Position numbers and translations under genes: made by a program. Of a stretch of 60,403 nucleotides of DNA, positions 47,626 to 55,488 are shown in pieces. Origin of the DNA: a virus (Duplodnaviria > Caudoviricetes); the IMG/VR virus record IMGVR_UViG_3300021335_000018, positions 1 to 60,403 of that record. One strand, 5' to 3'. The notes under the pieces are model-generated. The model searched no databases, was not told where the DNA came from, and was given only the letters and a program-made list of their open reading frames with translations. The stretch's first letter is position 1, and each line of letters opens with the position of its first letter.

Positions 47626-48918
47626 TCAGGAAACCTTTAGAAGTACTGTATCCGGATTGCATCTTCCGTTAAGTTTTGTATCAGTAGTAGTAATATCATC
47701 TAAGAATGTACGCAATTTAACTTTACCTGCAGACTTAAAATCTTTAAGCTGGTCTACTGGTTTACGCAATGTCTTTTGAATACTTTCTTTTTCGTTGTAT
47801 CCAATAATAGTTGTGCCTTTTACGCTAAGTCCGCTGCCTTCTCGTTGCATACCTTTAGGGTCAATGTTTTGTGCTACATACTTTCCAAGTTTACGTGTCT
47901 TAACATTGAAAACCCAAAGCTCGTTTGCACCTATAACTTGTTCAGGAGACACACTTGCAAGTTGATATTTGGCGTCTACTTTCAAATACTTGAGCTTTTC
48001 TACTAACTTTGTAGCACTTTTTGGTTTTGCCTTACGTGGCTTCCGTGTTGCTTTTGCTGTGTCAATAACAAAATCTAATGCAGACATAAGTCCATCGATA
48101 GCAGTTCTATAATTTTTGATATCAGCTTTCTTTAGATGTGCGTAACCTTCTTTGAGTTGTTCCCACATGTCAGCGTCATGTTCACTCATCTTTTTCAACT
48201 GCCCTTTGGTAGGCATTCTTTCTAATTCGTCATAGTCAGATAGTTCGTCAGCATAAAAGTTTTTAAGTTTCCTTGCATGAGCTTGAGTTACTCCTGTATC
48301 AGAGAAGTGCTTTTTAAAATCAAAGCCTTTAGGATCAAAGTTATCTCTGTCTGATACCCACCCGTCTAACCATTCTTCAATTTCTTCACTTTGCTTACGT
48401 GCTTGCTCAGTTAAACGTTCTTGGATTGTTGGCACATATACATTTGATTTTTCTTTTTCTTCTTCTTTCTTTTCTTCTACTACTTTAGAACCGGCATTAA
48501 TTGCACGTTCAATACGTTCCTTTAAAAACTTTGTAGCCGGCTGTGTTGTGCCCATCGTACCAGGCAAACTTTCCCAGTACTCTGCTTCCTTAGGATTATA
48601 ATCTGGCATTCCATCAATAAGTTGCTTTGCAACAATAGCCGCTGTTATGCTTAGTTCAAAACTAGGAGCGGCTTTAGCGTGTTTAATTTGTTCTTTGCTA
48701 TATCCGTTGTCAGCCATCCATTTGAATGTGTGCGGATACAAGTCTGCTGGCTTATAGTTTTCATAATAAAAAGAACGACTAGCATCACGGAATCGGTGAT
48801 ATTGTTCACCAGTCCAGTCTTCCCAGCCTTCCCAACTAGGTGCTGTTAATTTATTACCACGCTTGATACGGGGAGCCCCGCGAACAACTTTTTTCTTCTT
48901 TGCTTTTGGCAGTGCCAT
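47626..48918 (-). CDS. Hypothetical phage protein
   Basis: ORF track; LWVFNVKTRKLG, KTLRKP, LNGR. Confidence 0.75.
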   Translation of the reverse strand: MALPKAKKKKVVRGAPRIKRGNKLTAPSWEGWEDWTGEQYHRFRDASRSFYYENYKPADLYPHTFKWMADNGYSKEQIKHAKAAPSFELSITAAIVAKQLIDGMPDYNPKEAEYWESLPGTMGTTQPATKFLKERIERAINAGSKVVEEKKEEEKEKSNVYVPTIQERLTEQARKQSEEIEEWLDGWVSDRDNFDPKGFDFKKHFSDTGVTQAHARKLKNFYADELSDYDELERMPTKGQLKKMSEHDADMWEQLKEGYAHLKKADIKNYRTAIDGLMSALDFVIDTAKATRKPRKAKPKSATKLVEKLKYLKVDAKYQLASVSPEQVIGANELWVFNVKTRKLGKYVAQNIDPKGMQREGSGLSVKGTTIIGYNEKESIQKTLRKPVDQLKDFKSAGKVKLRTFLDDITTTDTKLNGRCNPDTVLLKVS

Positions 48919-48943
48919 AAGTTTCTCCTAACAGTGTTTTGCT

Positions 48944-48972
48944 AGTATATAGTTATGTCGACAAAAAGTCAA
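48944..48972 (-). promoter_or_regulatory. Sigma70-type promoter
   Basis: TTGACT-17-TATACT. Confidence 0.75.
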
Positions 48973-49002
48973 CCTTCTTTTTCGAGATCCCAAACGACTA
49001 CG

Positions 49003-50310
49003 TTAGATTTTCTCGCCGATTTCGAATCCTCGGAAAGTCTTGAATCGGGGAAACCTAAGAGAATAAGTACCGTCTTGATTTTGCGTAATAGCATCTGCTC
49101 GTACCTCTACAAGTTGCCCAATAAGTGAGCCGCGATCACTCCAAAAACTATCACGATCGCTGTCGCTAAACCCGCTACCGCAATTGACCTGGACCATTCG
49201 TCCATCATCTTCTCCAGCGCATACCAACGCTCCCAGGCGTCCTTCGTTTCTTCCTGTTCCTTCTTCAACATCTTTCACCTCTAATGTCACTTCAATAAAT
49301 GGCTTCGCTTTTAGCCATGCATGAGTTCGTTTGCATTCATAAGGAGCATCAACGTCCTTAATCATAACACCTTCATAACCACCGTCTACAGCCGCTTTAT
49401 TTAACGCTACAAAGCGTTCTTGTCCTTCAGGAGTACTAAGGTCTACCTCTTCCCACTCAAGTGCTTGTACATGCTTTAAAATGCTTTCATTTTCTAGTAC
49501 CCAATACTTGACTAAGTTACTGCGATAAGTCTGTGGCTTATTCCATACACCTTTTTGGAAATCTTCTAGTGGAATAAAATCAAACAAGTGTAGAACAGCA
49601 TCTTCACTTTGTACATTATCTTTACGATGTACCTGCTTCATAAGGTCTTGGAAGTTAGCACTCATTACTTCACCGTCTAGTACACAGTCGTAAGGTGCAG
49701 GTTTCTCTGCAAGTACTTGTTCAATCTCTGCAATAATATGCGGAAAGTTATGAAACTGTTTTCCATTACGACTAAACAATTCTACTTTGCCATCACGACA
49801 TACTGCTAGTACACGAACACCATCTAGTTTGATTTCGATCTGCTTCTTGCCTGTCATTTTCTTTTCGTGCTTGGCACTGTCATGAGCAAGAGCACAAGTA
49901 AACACAGGCACAGTACCTGGTGCCACTTTGTTCACAGTTTTTTCACTTACGCCGCAACGTAGGTCTTTGATAAGAATACGACGGTACCAACCGTTCCATT
50001 GCTCTACAGTGCAAGAGCTTTTAACAAGATTAATTGCATCACGGGCTGCATGTCCGGTTAGCTCTCGTGCAATAAGTTTATCTGCCAGTTCTTTGAACAA
50101 AGACCATTCGCATCCCTGTCCTGCCCATTCGCTATCCAGTTCGTCTACCTGCTTAACACCGAAAGTAGTTAACGGATCTAGTGCCATCCGCAATCCATCA
50201 AAGAACTCCGGAAGCCCTTCTTCGTATGCTTCTTTCAAGATTGCTTCTTTTGCAAGACGGCTGTTGTCTTTTTCAAGTTTTTTAATAATATCTTGTGGTT
50301 GTGTTCTCAT
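49003..50310 (-). CDS. ATP-dependent DNA ligase
   Basis: EIKLDGVR, FSRNGK, LDGEV, EGVMIK, WLKAK, SLRFPRF. Confidence 0.95.
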   Translation of the reverse strand: MRTQPQDIIKKLEKDNSRLAKEAILKEAYEEGLPEFFDGLRMALDPLTTFGVKQVDELDSEWAGQGCEWSLFKELADKLIARELTGHAARDAINLVKSSCTVEQWNGWYRRILIKDLRCGVSEKTVNKVAPGTVPVFTCALAHDSAKHEKKMTGKKQIEIKLDGVRVLAVCRDGKVELFSRNGKQFHNFPHIIAEIEQVLAEKPAPYDCVLDGEVMSANFQDLMKQVHRKDNVQSEDAVLHLFDFIPLEDFQKGVWNKPQTYRSNLVKYWVLENESILKHVQALEWEEVDLSTPEGQERFVALNKAAVDGGYEGVMIKDVDAPYECKRTHAWLKAKPFIEVTLEVKDVEEGTGRNEGRLGALVCAGEDDGRMVQVNCGSGFSDSDRDSFWSDRGSLIGQLVEVRADAITQNQDGTYSLRFPRFKTFRGFEIGEKI

Positions 50311-50591
50311 ATTTGCCTCGGTTCTGTGCCTGTTAAAAAATACATTTTACTTATAATAGCATCAACATCTGAAGTTGTCAACCATCCTTTTACTGTATCT
50401 CCAGGATTGGTAACACCCGGAAGTTCACATTGCTCGCCATCTTTAAATACAGCAATTTCGTATAAGCCTTGCTTATTGCCATAGGATGCTTCGTTGTTGA
50501 TAATACTTAGTTCGTAGTTGTCAAACTGAAGTAAGGCTTGTACACCTTTAGGTACATCAGTTTCCAATAATTGAAAGTCTTTTAGTTTCAT
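50307..50591 (-). CDS. Hypothetical phage protein
   Basis: SYG...GLYEIAV motif. Confidence 0.65.
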   Translation of the reverse strand: MKLKDFQLLETDVPKGVQALLQFDNYELSIINNEASYGNKQGLYEIAVFKDGEQCELPGVTNPGDTVKGWLTTSDVDAIISKMYFLTGTEPRQI

Positions 50592-50754
50592 AATATTCTG
50601 GCTCCATATCTAATGATGCAGTAAAGTCGAACACTGTCCATCCTTTAAGTGCATACCAAGTTGCTTGTTTAGGTGTAGCAAGGACGGTAAGTCTATCAGT
50701 AATACTACCGTCCTGCCACTTTTCAAACTCATACAATCGGTGTTCGTAAAGCAT
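50557..50754 (-). CDS. Hypothetical protein
   Basis: ORF track, overlaps neighbours. Confidence 0.45.
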   Translation of the reverse strand: MLYEHRLYEFEKWQDGSITDRLTVLATPKQATWYALKGWTVFDFTASLDMEPEYYETKRLSIIGN

Positions 50755-51253
50755 CTAAGTTCACCGGAGTGTAGTTAATTTGCTCTACACATACACACTT
50801 GTACGGGCCTTCTGGTGAAGGATTGCTGTGAATGTGTCCATGTACGTTAAGCATGTCCTGTCCGTCCCAACGCAACCTTTCAGCAAGTGTCTGTGGGTGC
50901 AACGGCATGTGCGTAAATACAAAATTGTCAATGTTGTACCAATATTGCACATCTTTGAAGAACTGTGCTACATGCTTGATGTTATCATGGTTTCCAAGTG
51001 CAAGTTTTTTCTTACCAGGCAACTTAGCAAAGTTTGCTTCCATCCACTCTACTTTATCCATGCCAAACAGCACATCACCACAGTGAATAACAATGTCACC
51101 GTCTTTCACTGTGTCGTTCCAGTTGTCAAGCATACACTCGTTCATCTGTTCTACAGTAGCAAACGGTCTGATAGGCTTACCTCCGTAATCGTTGAAGGTC
51201 AAAATGCCACTGTGGTTAAAGTGTGTATCGCTAATAATCCAGATGTCTTTCAT
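50729..51253 (-). CDS. Calcineurin-like metallophosphoesterase
   Basis: SDTHF, HCGDV, GNHD, HMP, HGHIH. Confidence 0.9.
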   Translation of the reverse strand: MKDIWIISDTHFNHSGILTFNDYGGKPIRPFATVEQMNECMLDNWNDTVKDGDIVIHCGDVLFGMDKVEWMEANFAKLPGKKKLALGNHDNIKHVAQFFKDVQYWYNIDNFVFTHMPLHPQTLAERLRWDGQDMLNVHGHIHSNPSPEGPYKCVCVEQINYTPVNLDALRTPIV

Positions 51254-51275
51254 GACGCCCTCTAAAATTCTATTG

Positions 51276-51283
51276 TATAAATA
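51276..51283 (+). promoter_or_regulatory. T4-type late promoter box for the plus-strand gene at 51335
   Basis: Exact TATAAATA. Confidence 0.6.
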
Positions 51284-51285
51284 AC

Positions 51286-51314
51286 ATTATACATATTTAA
51301 TAACGTCTTGTCAA
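51286..51314 (-). promoter_or_regulatory. Sigma70-type promoter
   Basis: TTGACA-17-TATAAT. Confidence 0.85.
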
Positions 51315-51334
51315 GAGATTTATAGGAGAAACAT

Positions 51335-51646
51335 ATGAAATCTGTCGTTAGAGTTATCAAGCCTAATTTTTCAACAATTGAAGAGTTTCAGTCAAGCGAT
51401 TTGTACAATCATATTAACGCTGTACAAGGCCCTAAGGATGTTTCTATCGAAGTTGTTAGAGGTACAAACGGCAAGATTGCAGTGATTGCATCTAGCACAA
51501 ATCCAGATATCGACGCTGAGCTAGAAACAGATGTTAGAACAGCAATTCGGAATGGCGGCATCCGCGGTCCACAAGTTGATAGCAAACATACCTTTAATAC
51601 AGACGAAGAACTCCAGACCTGGAAAGACAGCTGGGTTGCATCTTAA
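51335..51646 (+). CDS. Hypothetical protein
   Basis: RBS AGGAG; converges on the tRNA cluster. Confidence 0.7.
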   Translation: MKSVVRVIKPNFSTIEEFQSSDLYNHINAVQGPKDVSIEVVRGTNGKIAVIASSTNPDIDAELETDVRTAIRNGGIRGPQVDSKHTFNTDEELQTWKDSWVAS

Positions 51647-51647
51647 T

Positions 51648-51741
51648 TGGTAGTCCCGGGGGGATTCGAACCCCCATCGCTCTCTAATCTGGAGACTGTG
51701 CCGAGTATAAGCCGGGTGTTTTACCGTTAAACTACGGGACT
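51648..51741 (-). tRNA. tRNA-Ile(UAU) with long variable arm
   Basis: Acceptor AGTCCCG/CGGGACT-A-CCA, loop CT-TAT-AC, GTTCGAAT T-loop, ~24 nt variable region. Confidence 0.8.
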
Positions 51742-51744
51742 ATA

Positions 51745-51820
51745 TGGTGCGCCTGGAGAGATTCGAACTCCCAATCAACCCGTTATGAGCGGGGGGCTTT
51801 AACCGTTAAGCTACAAGCGC
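51745..51820 (-). tRNA. tRNA with CAU anticodon (Ile2 likely, elongator Met possible)
   Basis: GCGCTTG/CAGGCGC-A-CCA, loop CT-CAT-AA, C4-G69; G1-C72 paired, so not an initiator. Confidence 0.88.
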
Positions 51821-51826
51821 ATATTT

Positions 51827-51902
51827 TGGAGTGGGTGAGGAGACTCGAACTCCCATAACACGGATTTGCAATCCGGTCCGTAACCATTCCGGACACACCC
51901 AC
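51827..51902 (-). tRNA. tRNA-Cys(GCA)
   Basis: Loop TT-GCA-AA, U73, CCA end. Confidence 0.92.
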
Positions 51903-51906
51903 AAAT

Positions 51907-51980
51907 TGGCATAGGTGAAGGGAATCGAACCCCTATCTTCAGTTTTGGAGACTGACATGTTACCATTACACCACACCCAT
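51907..51980 (-). tRNA. tRNA-Trp(CCA)
   Basis: Loop CT-CCA-AA, G73, CCA end. Confidence 0.92.
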
Positions 51981-52016
51981 AAAAAAAGCCCCTAACATTA
52001 TTAGTGCTAGGGGCTT
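51981..52016 (-). terminator. Intrinsic terminator (attenuator) abutting the 5' end of tRNA-Trp
   Basis: AAGCCCCUAGCA-CUAAUAA-UGUUAGGGGC-UUUUUUU. Confidence 0.85.
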
Positions 52017-52045
52017 ATCTTAAATTACTTTTTCAAAAAGTCGTG

Positions 52046-52105
52046 TTAAGACATACCCCCTTTTGGTGGCCAACATATTATACATATTGTGTTAGTCTTA
52101 ATCAC
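52046..52105 (-). CDS. Leader peptide MIKTNTICIICWPPKGGMS (19 aa)
   Basis: RBS AAGGA, then GTG ATT AAG ACT AAC ACA ATA TGT ATA ATA TGT TGG CCA CCA AAA GGG GGT ATG TCT TAA. Confidence 0.75.
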   Translation of the reverse strand: MIKTNTICIICWPPKGGMS

Positions 52106-52136
52106 GTATCTATTCCTTCTTTTTTAGTATTTTTAT

Positions 52137-52165
52137 ACTATACTATCTTTATTTTGCGTTGTCAA
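52137..52165 (-). promoter_or_regulatory. Sigma70-type promoter of the leader/tRNA operon
   Basis: TTGACA-17-TATAGT. Confidence 0.8.
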
Positions 52166-52322
52166 CCACTTTTGGTTCACATCTTGCTTTTTTTCCGCAG
52201 TGGGGACAATGAAATGTTGTCCGGTCTATGCAATAGTGTTCTTCCATTGTAGCAAAAGTAAACCAGCCCTTGCAATTACTGCAAGTTAAGTGCCAGATTA
52301 TTTCTTTTACTGCTTTGAACAT
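52149..52322 (-). CDS. Small Zn-ribbon protein (57 aa)
   Basis: Manual translation MFKAVKEIIWHLTCSNC...FHCPHCGKK. Confidence 0.65.
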   Translation of the reverse strand: MFKAVKEIIWHLTCSNCKGWFTFATMEEHYCIDRTTFHCPHCGKKARCEPKVVDNAK

Positions 52323-52424
52323 TTACATACACAAATCTTCGTACTTAGTAGTGTATACTCTATGTTCGCTCATATCTCTCGATTCAGCTTTGCTGTTAAA
52401 AAGAGAAAGTAGAAAATTAAACAT
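52323..52424 (-). CDS. Small hypothetical (33 aa)
   Basis: Manual translation MFNFLLSLFNSKAESRDMSEHRVYTTKYEDLCM; TAAATA box upstream. Confidence 0.45.
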   Translation of the reverse strand: MFNFLLSLFNSKAESRDMSEHRVYTTKYEDLCM

Positions 52425-52614
52425 TGTACTGCCTTTCAATGTATTTAGCATTGGTGCGCCTGGAGGGACTTGAACCCCCACGCCGTAAAGCACTAGAACC
52501 TAAATCTAGCGTGTCTACCAATTTCACCACAGGCGCTTTTCTTTTAACTCGACAAATAGGGCAGAACCTGCCTTCCGGCAATTCAAAATTACATTCTGGA
52601 CATTTTTCTACCAT
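52417..52614 (-). CDS. Small Zn-ribbon ORF reading through tRNA-Leu
   Basis: RBS AAGGAG; CPEC...CPIC; no stop before the tRNA. Confidence 0.5.
   Translation of the reverse strand: MVEKCPECNFELPEGRFCPICRVKRKAPVVKLVDTLDLGSSALRRGGSSPSRRTNAKYIERQYNV
52452..52536 (-). tRNA. tRNA-Leu(UAG)
   Basis: Loop TT-TAG-GT, variable arm, A73-CCA. Confidence 0.92.
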
Positions 52615-52630
52615 ATTTGTCTCCTTAAAA

Positions 52631-52706
52631 TGGTGCTGGTTGAGAGACTCGAACTCCCGACCTGAGGTTTACAAAACCCCTGCTCTACCAACTGAGCTAA
52701 ACCAGC
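52631..52706 (-). tRNA. tRNA-Thr(UGU)
   Basis: Loop TT-TGT-AA, CCA end. Confidence 0.93.
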
Positions 52707-52728
52707 GTGTGTTATTTAACATCAAGTA

Positions 52729-52802
52729 TGGAGCGGGTAAGGAGAATCGAACTCCTATCCTCAGCTTGGAAGGCTGCGATAATACCATTATACTATACCC
52801 GC
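52729..52802 (-). tRNA. tRNA-Gly(UCC)
   Basis: Loop CT-TCC-AA, U73, CCA end. Confidence 0.93.
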
Positions 52803-52803
52803 A

Positions 52804-52893
52804 TGGCAGAGAGGAAGGGATTCGAACCCTCGGAACGCTTACACGTTCAACACCTTAGCAGGGTGCCGCTTTCGACCACTCAGCCACCTCTCT
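52804..52893 (-). tRNA. tRNA-Ser(GCU)
   Basis: Loop CT-GCT-AA, long variable arm, G73, CCA end. Confidence 0.93.
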
Positions 52894-52900
52894 GTATTTT

Positions 52901-53347
52901 TTACTTATTGAACCTCAGTGTCTGTTTACGACCGTTGTGATAAAACGTTACTGTGCTATGACTATATACTTCACGAGCTGTTTCTTCATACCGTGTTTCT
53001 ATACTGCATTGCCGTTCTGTTCGATAACCAGTTACGCCTTGCTTGCTTTGATTCTTATCAGCGGCAATCATACCACCAATGACAGCACCAGCGGCTGCAC
53101 CATTGTCTTTGTTAGTGACACCTTTACCAATAAGTCCTCCAATGATCATTCCGCCTAGTACATCACCTGCACTAGCGCCGCCGCCAACATTGCCATAAAT
53201 AGGAGTTTGTACATCTTTACAAACTTCAACTCTATACGGCGTTTGTTCAATTACAGTTTTAAAATGATCTTGGATACTTGCAGATGTATCAGCAATAGCC
53301 GGAGTGGTAATTGCCAATAAACCTGCGATTAAAAACATTTTTTTCAT
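52901..53347 (-). CDS. Secreted glycine-zipper protein
   Basis: Signal peptide; GGMIIGGLIG...GAAAGAVIGG. Confidence 0.8.
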   Translation of the reverse strand: MKKMFLIAGLLAITTPAIADTSASIQDHFKTVIEQTPYRVEVCKDVQTPIYGNVGGGASAGDVLGGMIIGGLIGKGVTNKDNGAAAGAVIGGMIAADKNQSKQGVTGYRTERQCSIETRYEETAREVYSHSTVTFYHNGRKQTLRFNK

Positions 53348-53350
53348 TGT

Positions 53351-53935
53351 TTATTCTCCTGTGACAATCTCATAGATTTCTTTCCAGTTTAAAACACGTC
53401 GACATCTATCATCATCCATGTTGTATCCGTGTTCCATAACCAAAGGACGCAGACCAACCTCTTGACCATGTATAGCATTTTCGACCTTGTCCTCAACCCA
53501 CCATAGGTTGCTACCTTCGAACTGTTTAAGAACTTTATCTTTATCTGCTCCAGTACCTAGACAAATTACATCAGTAAATGTGTCATCACCAAATAGTTTA
53601 TTAATATTTTTCTTACGCAGTTTCTGTGCATATTTATTCGTACTTAAACTGGTGATACAAATAAATTTCCAACCTTCATCTGATAGTCTAGTAACATACT
53701 CTACTGCATCACGTAAGGGAGGAAGAAACCCAATCATCGCACTTTCGTTAAAATGTTTGATCATTGTTTTTCCTTGCTTGTCAGAAATATCATATCTGGC
53801 ACCGATACTATAAAGTAAGTTACCCTTCGATACCTGAGCGAACCCGTGTTCTTCCATAAACAAATTGAAAGCATATTCCCAATTAAAAAGTACACCGTCT
53901 GCATCTACAAGCATTGTTTTTTTGATTTTAGTCAT
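53351..53935 (-). CDS. HAD-family nucleotidase-like protein
   Basis: LVDADGVL, ITS, WVEDK. Confidence 0.8.
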   Translation of the reverse strand: MTKIKKTMLVDADGVLFNWEYAFNLFMEEHGFAQVSKGNLLYSIGARYDISDKQGKTMIKHFNESAMIGFLPPLRDAVEYVTRLSDEGWKFICITSLSTNKYAQKLRKKNINKLFGDDTFTDVICLGTGADKDKVLKQFEGSNLWWVEDKVENAIHGQEVGLRPLVMEHGYNMDDDRCRRVLNWKEIYEIVTGE

Positions 53936-53967
53936 TTACTGCCTTTTTCTTGCCTTATTATGTGTGT

Positions 53968-53996
53968 ATTATAGTATACTTTTTACTTTAAGTCAA
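53968..53996 (-). promoter_or_regulatory. Sigma70-type promoter
   Basis: TTGACT-17-TATAAT. Confidence 0.8.
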
Positions 53997-54324
53997 CTGT
54001 TTTTTTGTCTAAAACCTCGACATTTTTCACACGATCGTAACGGAAACTGCGAAAGCCATTACTTTCAATTGCCCATACTGCAACAACTTTATCAGATATT
54101 TCACGTACTTTCTTTTGGCTTAGAGGATCGTCCTTTTTTGCAGGCGGCAAAAAACTTTCGATTAATGTGCAAGGCATTACCCTTTCTTCGCCATTTAATT
54201 TAGTAAATGTCACCTTGACTATTTCTTCTTTTAAAAGATCATAAAGCTCTTCTTTGGTAGGAATACCTTTTAAGTTTGCTACTGTATCACTTACGTTTAT
54301 CGACGACTTTGTCTGCGAATCCAT
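53983..54324 (-). CDS. WYL-like/SH3-fold protein
   Basis: [17 protein letters not shown]...VW......FRSFR. Confidence 0.7.
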   Translation of the reverse strand: MDSQTKSSINVSDTVANLKGIPTKEELYDLLKEEIVKVTFTKLNGEERVMPCTLIESFLPPAKKDDPLSQKKVREISDKVVAVWAIESNGFRSFRYDRVKNVEVLDKKTVDLK

Positions 54325-54907
54325 TTTCTACTGCCTCTTCTGCTGTTAAGAATGTGTCAAATTTCATTGTTTCAAAAAGTTCTTCATAGGTCTTGCCTGC
54401 GGTATTGTGTTTTACATACAATTCAGTCAGACGTTTGTTTACTTTTTGACTTTCTTCGTAATGACGCTTTGCATCTTCAAATTGCAATTCTTGTACGTGA
54501 ACACTTCCGCTAGTGCCTGGTGTACCTGAACTGACACGGTGAATCATTGTGCGACTTTCAGGTAACACAATACGCTTTCCTGGTGTTCCTGCTTGTGCAA
54601 GGAAACTGCCCATAGAACAGGCTTGACCCATCACAATAGTACGCACATCAGACTTGATATATTGCATTGTATCATAAATTGCAAGTCCTGCTGTTACTGC
54701 TCCGCCAGGTGAATTGATATATAAATTAATTTCTTTTTCAGGATTTTCCGATTCTAAATACAAAAGTTGTGCAACAATAAGATTTGCCATATAGTCCTCA
54801 ACCGGGCCATTAAGCATAATAATTCTGTCTTTCATCAAACGACTGTAGATATCGTAAGAACGTTCTCCTCGAGATTCTTGTTCTACTACCATAGGTACTA
54901 AAGGCAT
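54287..54907 (-). CDS. clpP: ClpP protease proteolytic subunit
   Basis: [22 protein letters not shown] (Ser), MIH (His), DTFL (Asp). Confidence 0.95.
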   Translation of the reverse strand: MPLVPMVVEQESRGERSYDIYSRLMKDRIIMLNGPVEDYMANLIVAQLLYLESENPEKEINLYINSPGGAVTAGLAIYDTMQYIKSDVRTIVMGQACSMGSFLAQAGTPGKRIVLPESRTMIHRVSSGTPGTSGSVHVQELQFEDAKRHYEESQKVNKRLTELYVKHNTAGKTYEELFETMKFDTFLTAEEAVENGFADKVVDKRK

Positions 54908-55071
54908 TATAATTCCTCCCAAATTCCAATAAATTCAGCAATAGCAAAAAATAAAGCTAGAGCTACAACTGACCCTGTAGCGGCTGCCCAAAGACACCCA
55001 CCTAATCTTACTGCACTTTTAACTAAACTTAGATAAAAATGTTTTTTTGAAACGTCTACAGGTTCAGGCAT
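54907..55071 (-). CDS. Small membrane protein (54 aa)
   Basis: Manual translation [19 protein letters not shown]...[10 protein letters not shown]; TAATG overlap with clpP. Confidence 0.65.
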   Translation of the reverse strand: MPEPVDVSKKHFYLSLVKSAVRLGGCLWAAATGSVVALALFFAIAEFIGIWEEL

Positions 55072-55264
55072 CTTTTACCTCGACTAACGGAACAACAGTG
55101 CTTGTGTCAATCCAATCTTTTCCATCTGTTTGAAATGTTCTTGTTGTAGTTTCCTTACGCAACATTCCATCTTTTACACGATATGTTATAAATTCTTGTT
55201 TCACAACACCTGTAGTTTCTGCTTCGAATGCACCTATAAGAGGTCCATCTAATCTACTATTCAT
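55064..55264 (-). CDS. Hypothetical protein
   Basis: Start MNSRLDG after AAGGAG. Confidence 0.6.
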   Translation of the reverse strand: MNSRLDGPLIGAFEAETTGVVKQEFITYRVKDGMLRKETTTRTFQTDGKDWIDTSTVVPLVEVKDA

Positions 55265-55488
55265 TATCTTGTCTCCTTCAAATAGTGGAACTTTGGCCCT
55301 TCTGAGGTAAACTCCATTCCGTGTGCATTGCCTACATAAATTCTGCCATTCCAACGCATGGGAATTTTATTTGTTGCTAAAAAAGCATCAAAACTTTTAC
55401 CTTCTCTAAAATTATCTATTTCCGCTTCTACACTTACTTCACTTCTGGTGTTAGTAAGCATAGCTGTGTTATCTACTACTGTTTTCAT
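55264..55488 (-). CDS. Hypothetical protein
   Basis: ORF track. Confidence 0.6.
   Translation of the reverse strand: MKTVVDNTAMLTNTRSEVSVEAEIDNFREGKSFDAFLATNKIPMRWNGRIYVGNAHGMEFTSEGPKFHYLKETR

Noticed and set aside
52004-52940. Plus-strand ORFs across the tRNA region
   Set aside because: Antisense to tRNAs and the attenuator; no coding signal.
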